From positions 32,001-96,000 of the IMG/VR virus record IMGVR_UViG_3300031994_000006: a DNA stretch of 64,000 bases; one strand, given 5' to 3'. The stretch comes from a virus. Lineage: Duplodnaviria > Caudoviricetes. A program made the translations under genes and the position numbers. The notes under the pieces were generated by a model that was given only the letters and a program-made list of their open reading frames with translations, was not told the origin of the DNA and made no database searches. Shown piece after piece: positions 38,929-48,701 of this stretch; the first letter of the stretch is position 1; each line of letters starts with the position of its first letter.

Positions 38929-39651
38929 TCAAAGCCATCCCCATTGTATCATCCTGGTGACGGTCTCTTCATACGTTATTGAGCCGTTCAGGCCGAACTT
39001 GTATTCCGTATTACAGTACCCGCATCCGGGATCCTTGAACGTGTCATGCACGCACATTCCGTGCTGCTCAAGCGGTTCGATAAGGTGCTCGAATATCTCG
39101 GTCTGTTTGAGGTCGGCTATGAACGACACCATCTCCTCCCTCATCATCGGCGGGCATTCCTTGAACACGACCAGCTCGAGGTTCGAGTCGACGAAGCACA
39201 GTGCATCGACCTGACCGGCCCTGTGCTTGTTGCGTCCCTTCCTTTTCCATTCGGCGAAGTCCGTCACGGAGTCGATGCTGTCGAACGTTATTTTCCTGGT
39301 GACCCAGCTGCCGACGCACGCGCTGGTGACGGTCTTCGGTATGTTCAGCACCTCTGCGAGGTTGTCGCCCCTTATCACAAGCGTCCTGAGTCTGTCGAAT
39401 CCCATCTGCGAGAAGTCGAACGTCAGCAGATCGGCATCGTCGCCCTTCTCGTCGAACGACAGGTCAAGGGTTTCGCACTTCTTCATGTCGCTGAGCCTGA
39501 CTATGCCGGAACGCTCCATCTCATGCTTTATCTGGGGATCCGGCCATGCAATCAGGGGATCCACGGAATTCACCGTGTCCTGCGCGGATTCCTGTTTCCT
39601 TGCCCTGTTTCCGGCCCTGAAGGCCTCGTTGAAGTCGAATTTTCTCCTCAT
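38929..39651 (-). CDS. Single-module tagged protein D (degenerate BspA/LRR-like)
   Basis: MRRKFDFNE|AFRAGNRARKQESAQDTV; tag at 39586-39627. Confidence 0.85.
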   Translation of the reverse strand: MRRKFDFNEAFRAGNRARKQESAQDTVNSVDPLIAWPDPQIKHEMERSGIVRLSDMKKCETLDLSFDEKGDDADLLTFDFSQMGFDRLRTLVIRGDNLAEVLNIPKTVTSACVGSWVTRKITFDSIDSVTDFAEWKRKGRNKHRAGQVDALCFVDSNLELVVFKECPPMMREEMVSFIADLKQTEIFEHLIEPLEQHGMCVHDTFKDPGCGYCNTEYKFGLNGSITYEETVTRMIQWGWL

Positions 39652-39659
39652 AATAAATA
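39652..39659 (+). promoter_or_regulatory. Late-promoter-like AATAAATA
   Basis: In the 29-nt gap between two divergent tagged genes. Confidence 0.5.
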
Positions 39660-39680
39660 GCCAAACCTATCGGTATTATT

Positions 39681-40130
39681 ATGTCATATTTACTTTCCGA
39701 TATATTCCGGCAGCTCTGTGAAGCCTTCAGGGCAGGCAATGCCGCCCGTAAGAAGGAATCTGCACAGGATTCCGTCGACGGAGGCCGTGTCATACCGCCG
39801 TCGGAGGTGCTGAAGCAGTATTTCGGTGATAAGATGGACGACCTGAGGACCGTCAAGATAGACATTGACGGACGGATCAGGGAATACCTGACGACATATG
39901 TGGAGGGATATACGGACGGCCGTAATATGGTCAGGATCTCGTTCATTGACGAATGGCCCCTGATTTCCGGCGATACATTCCTTCTCAAGATGTACTATGA
40001 CAACGGCGACAGGGATGATCTCCATTTCGGCGATGAAATCGACAATGCCGATATATTGCTCTGTGTGTGCGACGAGATTATGGACGCCGTCGACGGATCG
40101 GAGGATGAAACTGAAGAGGATGACGAATGA
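39681..40130 (+). CDS. Single-module tagged protein E (acidic)
   Basis: MSYLLSDIFRQLCE|AFRAGNAARKKESAQDSV; tag at 39720. Confidence 0.85.
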   Translation: MSYLLSDIFRQLCEAFRAGNAARKKESAQDSVDGGRVIPPSEVLKQYFGDKMDDLRTVKIDIDGRIREYLTTYVEGYTDGRNMVRISFIDEWPLISGDTFLLKMYYDNGDRDDLHFGDEIDNADILLCVCDEIMDAVDGSEDETEEDDE

Positions 40131-40510
40131 TTAAGGAGATATACTGCCGCATGCCCGGCGATCCCAAGTACGACAAGGGCCGCATTCATATAGACGACGA
40201 AGTCAGCGCGCTGCTGCAGCGCATCAGGATTTGCCTCGGCACCCGTCAGGGCGAGGTGCTCGGGGATCCGTACTTCGGTATCGACCTGACCGACTATCTG
40301 TTCGACATGTCGTACGACAAGGCGGCCATCGAGGCGGCCATTATGGAGAACCTGACCGACTACGTCATAGCACCGTTCGCCAGCGACAGGGGATACGATG
40401 TGTCCGTCGACGTCGAGTTCGGCAAGGACCCGCAGGCCCGCGCTGACTACATGCTTGTCGACATATCGATAAACGGTGAGAAACTGCTCGGAATACTTGT
40501 TACGGTATGA
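40127..40510 (+). CDS. Baseplate wedge subunit, gp25/GPW-like
   Basis: LQRIRICLGTRQGEVLGDPYFGIDLTDYLF. Confidence 0.8.
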   Translation: MIKEIYCRMPGDPKYDKGRIHIDDEVSALLQRIRICLGTRQGEVLGDPYFGIDLTDYLFDMSYDKAAIEAAIMENLTDYVIAPFASDRGYDVSVDVEFGKDPQARADYMLVDISINGEKLLGILVTV

Positions 40511-41604
40511 CGGACGCCTCTGTCGTTTCAATGCTCGTCCGTCAGGACGGAACGCCTGACAGGGGCCTTATGAAGAGGGACCGGCTCAGGAAGGCCGGCC
40601 TTTACGGCTATATCAGGAACCGGTGGCCGGACTGTTCCGGTGTGACGGAGTCCCTTTACCGTATCTACAACAGGATTGACGATGTGCCCGCATGCCCTGT
40701 ATGCGGCCGTCCCCGTGAGTTCGGCGGATGGAATCGGGGCTATATGCCCCGCTGCCGTATCTGCGGCCGTGACATGACGGATCCCCTTACGCTTTCGCTT
40801 ATCACCCAGAAGCCGCTCGGTAAGTACAGGCCGCTTGACGTCAGGCACGATGCGACTGACAGGTCATATATCTGGGTTCGGCCCGGCGGTACCGATCCGT
40901 ATGAGTTCAGGGCGCCGGAGACCGAGTTCCGTAAGGGATACAGGTCATCCGCCGACACGGTCCGCCGGTATCTCGACAACATAGGAGAAGAGCATACGGC
41001 CGGCGGCGGATTCGACATATGGCTTCCGGTCAGGGGAATCGGCCTGTCGTTCGGCAAGGGAACAAGACTGGACGGTCCCGGCGTCCGCACGGTTGTGCTG
41101 CCGGAGAAGCTGCATGACATGCCGGTGTTCATGTCATACTATATCGACAGACTGTGCGGCCGCGGTACTGAGGTCAGATGGGAGGACTGTGACATTGTCA
41201 GGATACCCAATCAGATTATACTGCACGGATTCATGTGCCTGTCCGATCTGAACGCGTCGCCGGGCGACACAGGTGCAAGATTCGGTATCGTCACCGACGG
41301 AGGCGCCATCATACAGGTCATCGAGGTATGGAAGCGCCGTATCAGGATATTCGAGAAGACCGGTGTCATAATCGTAAACGAGGACTGGGCGGCCGTCTCC
41401 GACTTCGTGCTTAACGGATGCAGGGCCGGCGGATCCGGACGCATCCTGACTGAGATAAACCCCGCTACGGACGATCCTGACAGGCTCCTCCAGGCCGGCT
41501 GGACAGTCAAAGGCTTTGTTCGCAGGTCTGTATGGAAAAAACAGGGTGAAAAAAGCGGTTTTTATCGCGGATTCCGGCCGCTTTTGCTGGAATATGTCCA
41601 ATAA
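40507..41604 (+). CDS. Zn-finger protein, possibly a degenerate homing-endonuclease (Hef-like) derivative
   Basis: ESLYRIYNRIDDVPACPVCG...CRIC; FDIWLPVRGIGLSF resembles an eroded LDIY.P....IE motif. Confidence 0.5.
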   Translation: MTDASVVSMLVRQDGTPDRGLMKRDRLRKAGLYGYIRNRWPDCSGVTESLYRIYNRIDDVPACPVCGRPREFGGWNRGYMPRCRICGRDMTDPLTLSLITQKPLGKYRPLDVRHDATDRSYIWVRPGGTDPYEFRAPETEFRKGYRSSADTVRRYLDNIGEEHTAGGGFDIWLPVRGIGLSFGKGTRLDGPGVRTVVLPEKLHDMPVFMSYYIDRLCGRGTEVRWEDCDIVRIPNQIILHGFMCLSDLNASPGDTGARFGIVTDGGAIIQVIEVWKRRIRIFEKTGVIIVNEDWAAVSDFVLNGCRAGGSGRILTEINPATDDPDRLLQAGWTVKGFVRRSVWKKQGEKSGFYRGFRPLLLEYVQ

Positions 41605-41607
41605 ATA
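41600..41607 (+). promoter_or_regulatory. Late-promoter-like AATAAATA for the tail sheath gene
   Basis: 57 nt upstream of the sheath ATG. Confidence 0.55.
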
Positions 41608-41664
41608 ATATGCAGACGGCTGAAATATGCCGTTTCAGCACGAAAAATCACTCACAAGAAAATA

Positions 41665-44600
41665 ATGGCAAAACTGGCACTCAATCTCGCACAGTTCAAG
41701 TCTGCCGGTGTGTATATCCAGGAGATAGACAACACCACCGAGATCACTGTCGAGAGCAACTCGCTTCGCCTTCTTGTAGGTTTCAATCCCAAGGGACCGT
41801 TCAACCGTCCGGTTTTCCTGTCCAATGAGAATGACCGCGTCAAGATCTTCGGCGACATCGACCAGAAGCTTGAGGCTAAGGGCAACTACTTCAACCGTAT
41901 GGCCCAGACCCTTGTCAGCGCCGGCCCGCTCTTCGCGCTCAACCTCCTGAAGGTCGACGACGCATACGACGGCGAGGACCAGGTCAACTATGCGGCGTTC
42001 TCCCTGAACGCGGGCTACCCGAACCCCGAGCTTATCTCTACCAACGGAACCATCTACGGCGAGGTCGACAAGAACCCCGTGGACGATACTGTCTACTACA
42101 ACAGGGCGAACAACATCATCCCCTATGTAGGCAACGCTCCTTACAGCGCCTTCTATGACAGGTCGAGGTTCTGGATCCCCTCTGAGGAGAACCTTACCGC
42201 CGTTGCGGCCCGCGGCGTCGGCGACGGCACCGAGACGACCGTGTTCAACAGCTCGAACTTCTTCAACCTGGCGAACGTCGGCACCGAGGAGATCTCCGTG
42301 CTCGTGTTCAAGCCCGAGGCCCTGAAGGGATACGATATCACCTGCGCGGAATGGTATGACGGCGAGGAGAACATCCCGTACGGATTCATCCGTCCGAACG
42401 ACTACATCGCCGACTACTTCATCCAGGTTGTCGTCGTCAAGGGCAACTGGGGCGACTTCAAGAAGCTCGCGACCGACACGCTCTGGGGTGACTTCTTCGA
42501 TGCCAACGGTATCAAGAAGAACAAGATCAACCAGTTCCTGTCTACCGCAGGTGTCTCCACGCTCGGTTCCTGGATCGGTTCCATCATCCCCGACTTCGAG
42601 GACAAGCTCGGCAACCCGCAGAACATCGTCGACAAGATCAACAACTCGACGACCGTCACGGGCCTGCTCGCAGCGTTCAACCGCGACGCCGCGATGACCC
42701 TCGGCTATGACTACGACTTCGAGGACACCGACGACGAGGACAACAAGGGCGGCTGGTTCCAGGACATCGACGGCGACGGCAACTTCGACCGTGGCCAGGA
42801 GTCAATCGATTCCCGTGAGGGCACCCCGTATGACGACGGCAAGCCCAAGAACGACCTGTTCCTCATCGATATGGTCGGTCACGAGTTCACGAAGGGCTAT
42901 CCTACGGACAAGTACAATACTGAGACTAAGAAGTATGAGCGCCGTTACGGTATTAACTTCCTGTCTTACAACTACGACTCCGACACTCCTGACGACCTCC
43001 TGACTCCGATGAACTTCGCCAGCTACTTCCATGAGACCGGCGCTGTTCCTCCTGAGATTCAGAACATGTTCATCATAGCCAATGAGCACGCTGCTGCGAA
43101 GCTCGGTCTCGGCGACTATGTGAAGAACTTCCCCGGCGAGGGCGAGGAATACGGACACCTCCTGATTCCCGGTATCACCAGGATCATCAAGAAGGTCGCC
43201 CTGACGCTGACCATCTCCGAGTCTGACGCCCAGAAGCTGTACGGCAACCGCGACCAGACCGTCGAGGTGACCGACGCCAAGTTCATCTACAAGGGCAAGG
43301 AGTATCTGTACAGCGGCTACGCTATCCAGAACTACCGCCTGAAGAGGTTCTATGTATGGCTGTACACGGCTGTCGAGCCCGTCGAGATCATCAGTGCCGA
43401 GGAGGCGATGATTTCGATTGATAACGACACTGAGGAGAATGTCCTTGTCACCGACCTGTCCCAGGATAGTATCATCGACTTCCAGTACGACGACTATGCG
43501 TTCCGTCTCTTCATCAACTCTGATGAGGACACCACAGGCGACAAGGCTATCGAAGGCGATCTGAACACCAACGAGGGCTTCACCGACAAGATCCAGGTCA
43601 ATGCGGCGTTCGGCATATATGTCGACGGCGAGTTCTATACTCAGGCTAAGGAGAACGGCTGGAAGGTCAAGATCTCCAAGAAGCACTATGAGAACGGTAT
43701 TCTCGTTCCCGGTGAGTTCGAGGAGGACTACTACGAGCTCGACGAAGACAGGTTTAATACCATCACCCTCAACGAGATCTACATCGACGGTACCGGTATC
43801 TACAAGGACGACGGCTCTCCCGTATCCACAGCGGATCTCCCCGCCGGATACAAGATCGGCATGACCATCAACCACGTCAAGACCGACGTCTATGTCGGCG
43901 GACAGGTGACGAAGCAGGCCGCTATCACGGATCCTATCGTCAGCGCCAACCTGAAGTTCATCCCGATGAAGGGCCTGTCGATCTCCAAGCGTCATATGCC
44001 CGGATACGACGAGCAGGGTAACCTGGACGTCGAGGCCGGCGTGAACAAGATCTACAGCCTGCTGATGGAGGACGAGGGCGTGCTCCGCGGCCTCTGTAAC
44101 CCGCAGATGATTGACTTCCGTTACATCATCGACTCGATGGGCTACGGCCTTGACAGCATGATGGGCGGCAAGGTCTACCTGTCGCAGCTGGCGCAGAAGA
44201 GGCAGTCATGTACCGCGATCCTGAACGCGCCTTCTAAGAGGCACTTCAGCATCAGCACGAACCCGTACTTCTGCGACTCGTTCACCGAGGGCGTCGAGAT
44301 CCGTCCCGCATTCGACACGAGCTATATCGCATCGGGCGGCAACACCGAGCTCTATCACTCCAAGATCTTCAGTCTGCCCGACCTGGACAACGGAGCGTCG
44401 TTCACCGGCGTATTCTGGCCCTGGCTGCAGTACACGGTCAACCGCAAGAAGATCATGGTTCCGCCCGCTGCCGACGTCGCGAACGTGTTCATTAGGAAGT
44501 TCACCGGAGGCGATCCCTACGCCATTGCGGCCAACCGCAACGGTATCCTGAGCAACCGCTACCTGACGGGCCTCGAGTATCAGGCCGACCAGCAGGATCG

Positions 44601-45027
44601 TGACTACCTCGAGCCGATGGGTATCAACACCATCATCGCCGACGGACAGGACATCATGATCTACGGCAACCAGACCGCCTACCAGCGTGTCGACAGCGAC
44701 CTGAACAAGCTGCACGTCCGTGAGAACCTGAACACCATCGAGCTGCGCTGCAAGGCCGTTCTGAAGAACTACGTGTTTGTCTACAACACGCCTGTTACCC
44801 GCGGCGAGATTGTGAAGAGACTCGACCCGATCCTCAGCGCGATGAAGACGTCCGGCGCCATCAGCTGGTACAACATCCAGTGTGACGACAAGAACAACAC
44901 CGATGAGATTATCGAGCAGGACTTTGGTATCGTGGACATCAGCGTGATCTTCGGTCACGGCATGGAGAAGATCCTCACCAGGATCACCCTCGAGCGCAAG
45001 TCCATCATGGTACGCTCTGGATATTAA
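41665..45027 (+). CDS. gp18: Contractile tail sheath protein (gp18-like), 1120 aa
   Basis: SAGVYIQEID...GFNPKGPFNRPV...IFG; C-terminal VPPAADVA, RDYLEPMGINTI, IYGNQT, LNKLHVR and QCDDKNNTDEII. Confidence 0.92.
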   Translation: MAKLALNLAQFKSAGVYIQEIDNTTEITVESNSLRLLVGFNPKGPFNRPVFLSNENDRVKIFGDIDQKLEAKGNYFNRMAQTLVSAGPLFALNLLKVDDAYDGEDQVNYAAFSLNAGYPNPELISTNGTIYGEVDKNPVDDTVYYNRANNIIPYVGNAPYSAFYDRSRFWIPSEENLTAVAARGVGDGTETTVFNSSNFFNLANVGTEEISVLVFKPEALKGYDITCAEWYDGEENIPYGFIRPNDYIADYFIQVVVVKGNWGDFKKLATDTLWGDFFDANGIKKNKINQFLSTAGVSTLGSWIGSIIPDFEDKLGNPQNIVDKINNSTTVTGLLAAFNRDAAMTLGYDYDFEDTDDEDNKGGWFQDIDGDGNFDRGQESIDSREGTPYDDGKPKNDLFLIDMVGHEFTKGYPTDKYNTETKKYERRYGINFLSYNYDSDTPDDLLTPMNFASYFHETGAVPPEIQNMFIIANEHAAAKLGLGDYVKNFPGEGEEYGHLLIPGITRIIKKVALTLTISESDAQKLYGNRDQTVEVTDAKFIYKGKEYLYSGYAIQNYRLKRFYVWLYTAVEPVEIISAEEAMISIDNDTEENVLVTDLSQDSIIDFQYDDYAFRLFINSDEDTTGDKAIEGDLNTNEGFTDKIQVNAAFGIYVDGEFYTQAKENGWKVKISKKHYENGILVPGEFEEDYYELDEDRFNTITLNEIYIDGTGIYKDDGSPVSTADLPAGYKIGMTINHVKTDVYVGGQVTKQAAITDPIVSANLKFIPMKGLSISKRHMPGYDEQGNLDVEAGVNKIYSLLMEDEGVLRGLCNPQMIDFRYIIDSMGYGLDSMMGGKVYLSQLAQKRQSCTAILNAPSKRHFSISTNPYFCDSFTEGVEIRPAFDTSYIASGGNTELYHSKIFSLPDLDNGASFTGVFWPWLQYTVNRKKIMVPPAADVANVFIRKFTGGDPYAIAANRNGILSNRYLTGLEYQADQQDRDYLEPMGINTIIADGQDIMIYGNQTAYQRVDSDLNKLHVRENLNTIELRCKAVLKNYVFVYNTPVTRGEIVKRLDPILSAMKTSGAISWYNIQCDDKNNTDEIIEQDFGIVDISVIFGHGMEKILTRITLERKSIMVRSGY

Positions 45028-45053
45028 GCCGAAAGGTAATAAATCCCTATATG

Positions 45054-45088
45054 ACAGGGGTTCCGGTAATGACCGGGACCCCTGTTTT
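45054..45088 (+). terminator. Intrinsic terminator after the sheath gene
   Basis: acaggggttccggt-aatg-accgggacccctgt followed by T residues. Confidence 0.75.
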
Positions 45089-45121
45089 GCGTTTAATAGT
45101 AAACTTATATAATTTTCAACG

Positions 45122-45742
45122 GTGTCAACCTTAACGAATGACCAGATGAAACGGCTTGACAAATACGGCAGGGACTGCGTCCATGTGATGGCCGATAACA
45201 CCAAGCTGTTCAGGATACATTATACAACACCACAGGGATCTTTGGACCAGGCCGGAATTGACGGATGGATTATGTCAATGGACGGGTATACGATGAGCTT
45301 TGACGCGAAATCGCATATGAGGGGATACGATATAACGGATGAGAGGACCGGCGGGCTTCATTATGACTCATTCACGCTTCCCAACCATGAAATCAGTATT
45401 CCCAGGGTGAATATGTTCATGCTCGCCAACGGATATATCAATATCAATACAGATAATGACAATATATTGAGACAGCCGACCAGGCTCTATATCCTTGACA
45501 TGATGAATCTCGTATTCCTCAGGGACCTTATCGTAGATAAAAATGAGGAAGTCAAAGGCCTGCACAAGAGTCCCGTCAGTTCCGATGAGCCGCTGTGGCA
45601 GCTTGAGATGAACGAGCTTATGAAGTATAATAACGGCCGTGTGAACGACAAGACCGGTCATGTTATCCAGTTCCGTTATTATGATTTCAGGAAGAACGCT
45701 TTCGTCCTTGAACATGAGGACTGGAAACCTGATGTTATATAG
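45122..45742 (+). CDS. Hypothetical protein
   Basis: 206-aa ORF. Confidence 0.7.
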   Translation: MSTLTNDQMKRLDKYGRDCVHVMADNTKLFRIHYTTPQGSLDQAGIDGWIMSMDGYTMSFDAKSHMRGYDITDERTGGLHYDSFTLPNHEISIPRVNMFMLANGYININTDNDNILRQPTRLYILDMMNLVFLRDLIVDKNEEVKGLHKSPVSSDEPLWQLEMNELMKYNNGRVNDKTGHVIQFRYYDFRKNAFVLEHEDWKPDVI

Positions 45743-45745
45743 GAT

Positions 45746-46543
45746 ATGAAATATACAGTAATAACATTCCTTTTCAACGGATACGATAAGCTGCGTACGC
45801 CGAGGATTGTGGATCCCAATGCGGTCTACGTATGCTTTACGGATGATCCCAAGCTTGAGTCACATGTATGGAAGTGCGTCTATCTGGAGCAGTTCGACGA
45901 CAAGACGCTTACCGGCGTGCAGAAGACCTACAGGCTCAAGTACTCGTTCTGGAAATACCTGCCGGCCGATGCCAGGTATACGGACTGGTGGGTGGTGATG
46001 GACGGCTCGCTTGAGATACAGGAGTCGCTCAGTCCCGTCATCATGCACCTTGAGAACAACGGCTATGACATGGCCCTGTCGGTCCATCCTGACCGTACGG
46101 ACTGGCTCAAGGAGTATGATGCATGGATAGAGCAGCGCGCCATGGATGCAGACAACAAGGCCAGGTTCGTGGAAGTGATGAAGGACAAGCTCGGCACCGA
46201 GGACTTCAATCAGGGACTCATCGAATGCACCATCAGGTTCTACAGGGCGAACAATCAGGAGATACTGCACATGCTCAGTAATACATATGAACTGCTCAAC
46301 TATGCGAACCAGTTCAAGGATCCTAATGACCAGTGCTATTTCACCTATATCTGCAAGCCTTATATACAGAGACTCAAGACTCTCCTGTTCTCAAGGCAGT
46401 TGTACTTTGATTCCAGGTACTTCAGGTTCTACCTTCACGGTACCGACAGGTGCATCAGATGGAACGGGGATCCGTATAAGGACATGCCGCCGCTCGCGGC
46501 GACCAAGCTCGGAGGCGAGCAAAGCAGGATAGAGGTTTTCTGA
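45746..46543 (+). CDS. Glycosyltransferase-like protein (DUF616/GT-A type)
   Basis: GYDKL, YVCFTDD, VMDGSL, VHPDR...EY and DQCYFTY. Confidence 0.6.
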   Translation: MKYTVITFLFNGYDKLRTPRIVDPNAVYVCFTDDPKLESHVWKCVYLEQFDDKTLTGVQKTYRLKYSFWKYLPADARYTDWWVVMDGSLEIQESLSPVIMHLENNGYDMALSVHPDRTDWLKEYDAWIEQRAMDADNKARFVEVMKDKLGTEDFNQGLIECTIRFYRANNQEILHMLSNTYELLNYANQFKDPNDQCYFTYICKPYIQRLKTLLFSRQLYFDSRYFRFYLHGTDRCIRWNGDPYKDMPPLAATKLGGEQSRIEVF

Positions 46544-46546
46544 TAT

Positions 46547-46585
46547 AAAAAATCCGGGGCGTTCTGAACGTCCCGGATTCTTTTT
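46547..46585. terminator. Bidirectional terminator
   Basis: A tract, aatccggggcgttc/gaacgtcccggatt stem and T tract between convergent genes. Confidence 0.8.
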
Positions 46586-46608
46586 GAGGTATTGTCATAA
46601 CCCGAAGG

Positions 46609-48549
46609 TTAGAACATGCCAGCGAAGTCCACGTGGAAGGTGATGTACTGGGTCTCAGGATAGAAACCAGTGTCGATAAGAGCGTAACGGCTCTTGATCA
46701 TTACCTTCGGAGCCATGGTGCCCTCAGAGATGATCTTCACAGACTCAGCCATGAGGTAGGGTGCGAACACAACACCGGGCTCATCCTTGCTGCCCTTACG
46801 GCCGACGAGGACACGGGTGTCATTACCAGCCATCAGAGGATCAACATAGACCGTGATACCTGCGACGTTGCCGACAGGATACAGGCTGTTGCCGTTCTGA
46901 GCGACGTTGTTCTCGATCGGAGCCCAGATATTCTGCGCGTTGCTCTGGAGAGCGGTAGCGACAGTAATATTGGTAACAGCGAACGTAGCGCCGCCGTAAC
47001 GACCACGCTGGAGGATCCAGTTGTTGGCGGTGATGAAGTTCATCTGCAGCCTCTGGAGCAGGGTAGCCTGGTTCTCGAAGATGGCCTTGCTGTTCAGGTA
47101 GATGGGCTTGTACGGCATGGAGACGTTAGTCCACTTGCGGTACGTACCGTCTGCGCCGACAGTCGTAGCGTCAGCCTGTGGGATCGCATAGGCAGGAGTC
47201 ATGCCGTTACCGAAGATACCGGCAGTCTTGCTGTCCTCAGCGAACGAGATGTTCAGGTTAGCTACAGAACCCTCAACCTCAGCGAGCTTGCAGTGGTTCT
47301 TCCAGCCGAGAGCGAACAGACGAGAGAGGATGTGACGGTTGATCGTCGAGCTGAGCTCGTTGACACCGGCGTTCTCAATCATCTTCAGCACATCGATACC
47401 CCACTGCTTCTGGAGGTCAGTTACCTGCTCCTGAGTAACAGCGACGGATACCATGATGGTACCTACGGTCACGTTCTTCGTGAACACCTGGAGGCTGAGC
47501 TGACGAGCGTAGCTCATCTCACCTGTACCACGAGACATGGGCTCGTAGAGAACCGTTCCGTCCTGATACGTGCCGTACCAAGGATCCATGTCGTTGACAC
47601 CGGATCCAGTGAAGCCCTGGATCTGATCCTCAAGCATAGAAACCAGACGGGGAGTAGTAATCGTAGCGCCAGCCAGGCTGCCGGTCAGGGCAACAGGACC
47701 AGCGGCGAACTCCTGAGCGAGGGTCTTGGCGCCCTTGACGATCTTCAGGATGGGGTCGCCATCGAGACGGCTCCAGCCGACGAACTCGAGCGTCAGGCCA
47801 TCAGCCTCGTTGAGGACGGTCTCACCGGGAACCAGACCCGCAGCGCGTGCGGCGGCCTTCAGGGCACCTACAGACTTGGCAGAGCCGATAGAGTCGAAGG
47901 AAGCCTTGAACATGTGAGGCAGACCGTAGAGGTCGTTGGGCTTGTTAGCACCGTTGGCGTCCAGATCGTGGAAGTGGTTGACGTTCTGGGTAGCGTCGTC
48001 GTAACCCGGGGTAGAACCGTAGGGCTGCTTCGTTCCGCTGTAGACGTAGTCCATGTAGGGGATTACGCCGGTCGGTCCCTGCATAGGAACGGTGTTGACC
48101 AGGTCGAAGCCGATGGTCTTGGCGGCGACCTTCAGTGCCAGGGGCAGGAGGGCGGGCCACTTGTCACCGGAACCCATCTGGGTGCCGTCAGCCTGATCAG
48201 CGGCGGTCAGGCCGGGAGTGCCTGCGGGAACGGCGTCACCGATGCCGAGGGTGTTGTACAGGGTCTGGTAGGGAGCATACACGCCGCCGACGGTACCGTT
48301 GATACCGGAAGCGTTGTTGAAGTATGCACCGCCGGGGACCTGAGCCTCATTCAGTGAACCGAACGCGCCGTAGCGGGCTGCTACGTTGGCGTTGATGCGG
48401 GCGTTCTCGTTGAGAGCCTGCACGGTGTTCATGGCAATCTGGGCCATGAGGGCCTTCTTGGCGGGATCCTTGACACCGGTAGTGCGCTCAATCATCGCGC
48501 CCCAGCTCTCGGTCAGCGCCTTACGGCTGTTCTTAAGATTACGTGCCAT
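46609..48549 (-). CDS. gp23: Major capsid protein, T4 gp23-like
   Basis: IGFDLVNTVPMQGPTG, EQVTDLQKQWGID, ELSSTINRHIL, ITVYVDP, GVVFAPY and PKVMIKSRYAL; predicted cleavage LNE|AQ at E68. Confidence 0.93.
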   Translation of the reverse strand: MARNLKNSRKALTESWGAMIERTTGVKDPAKKALMAQIAMNTVQALNENARINANVAARYGAFGSLNEAQVPGGAYFNNASGINGTVGGVYAPYQTLYNTLGIGDAVPAGTPGLTAADQADGTQMGSGDKWPALLPLALKVAAKTIGFDLVNTVPMQGPTGVIPYMDYVYSGTKQPYGSTPGYDDATQNVNHFHDLDANGANKPNDLYGLPHMFKASFDSIGSAKSVGALKAAARAAGLVPGETVLNEADGLTLEFVGWSRLDGDPILKIVKGAKTLAQEFAAGPVALTGSLAGATITTPRLVSMLEDQIQGFTGSGVNDMDPWYGTYQDGTVLYEPMSRGTGEMSYARQLSLQVFTKNVTVGTIMVSVAVTQEQVTDLQKQWGIDVLKMIENAGVNELSSTINRHILSRLFALGWKNHCKLAEVEGSVANLNISFAEDSKTAGIFGNGMTPAYAIPQADATTVGADGTYRKWTNVSMPYKPIYLNSKAIFENQATLLQRLQMNFITANNWILQRGRYGGATFAVTNITVATALQSNAQNIWAPIENNVAQNGNSLYPVGNVAGITVYVDPLMAGNDTRVLVGRKGSKDEPGVVFAPYLMAESVKIISEGTMAPKVMIKSRYALIDTGFYPETQYITFHVDFAGMF

Positions 48550-48693
48550 TGTTTTATATTGGCTAATTTTTTTCGTTTCGTCCTTGCGGAGTTCCTGCGT
48601 CCTGCCGGATTAGGTTTTGTTTTTTCGTCCCGGCGTCGCCGATGTCCTTTTCCTTTTGGAGACGGCACAGTACCTTCCGTGTCGGAATCATAT

Positions 48694-48701
48694 TATTTAT
48701 T
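48694..48701 (-). promoter_or_regulatory. Late-promoter-like AATAAATA for the capsid gene
   Basis: About 145 nt upstream of the capsid ATG. Confidence 0.55.

Noticed and set aside
46633-48357. 574-aa plus-strand ORF, and similar long antisense ORFs (42802..43995, 44206..45204, 18918..20252, 9942..10958)
   Set aside because: They are antisense shadows of strongly codon-biased genes such as capsid and sheath, and show no protein motifs.
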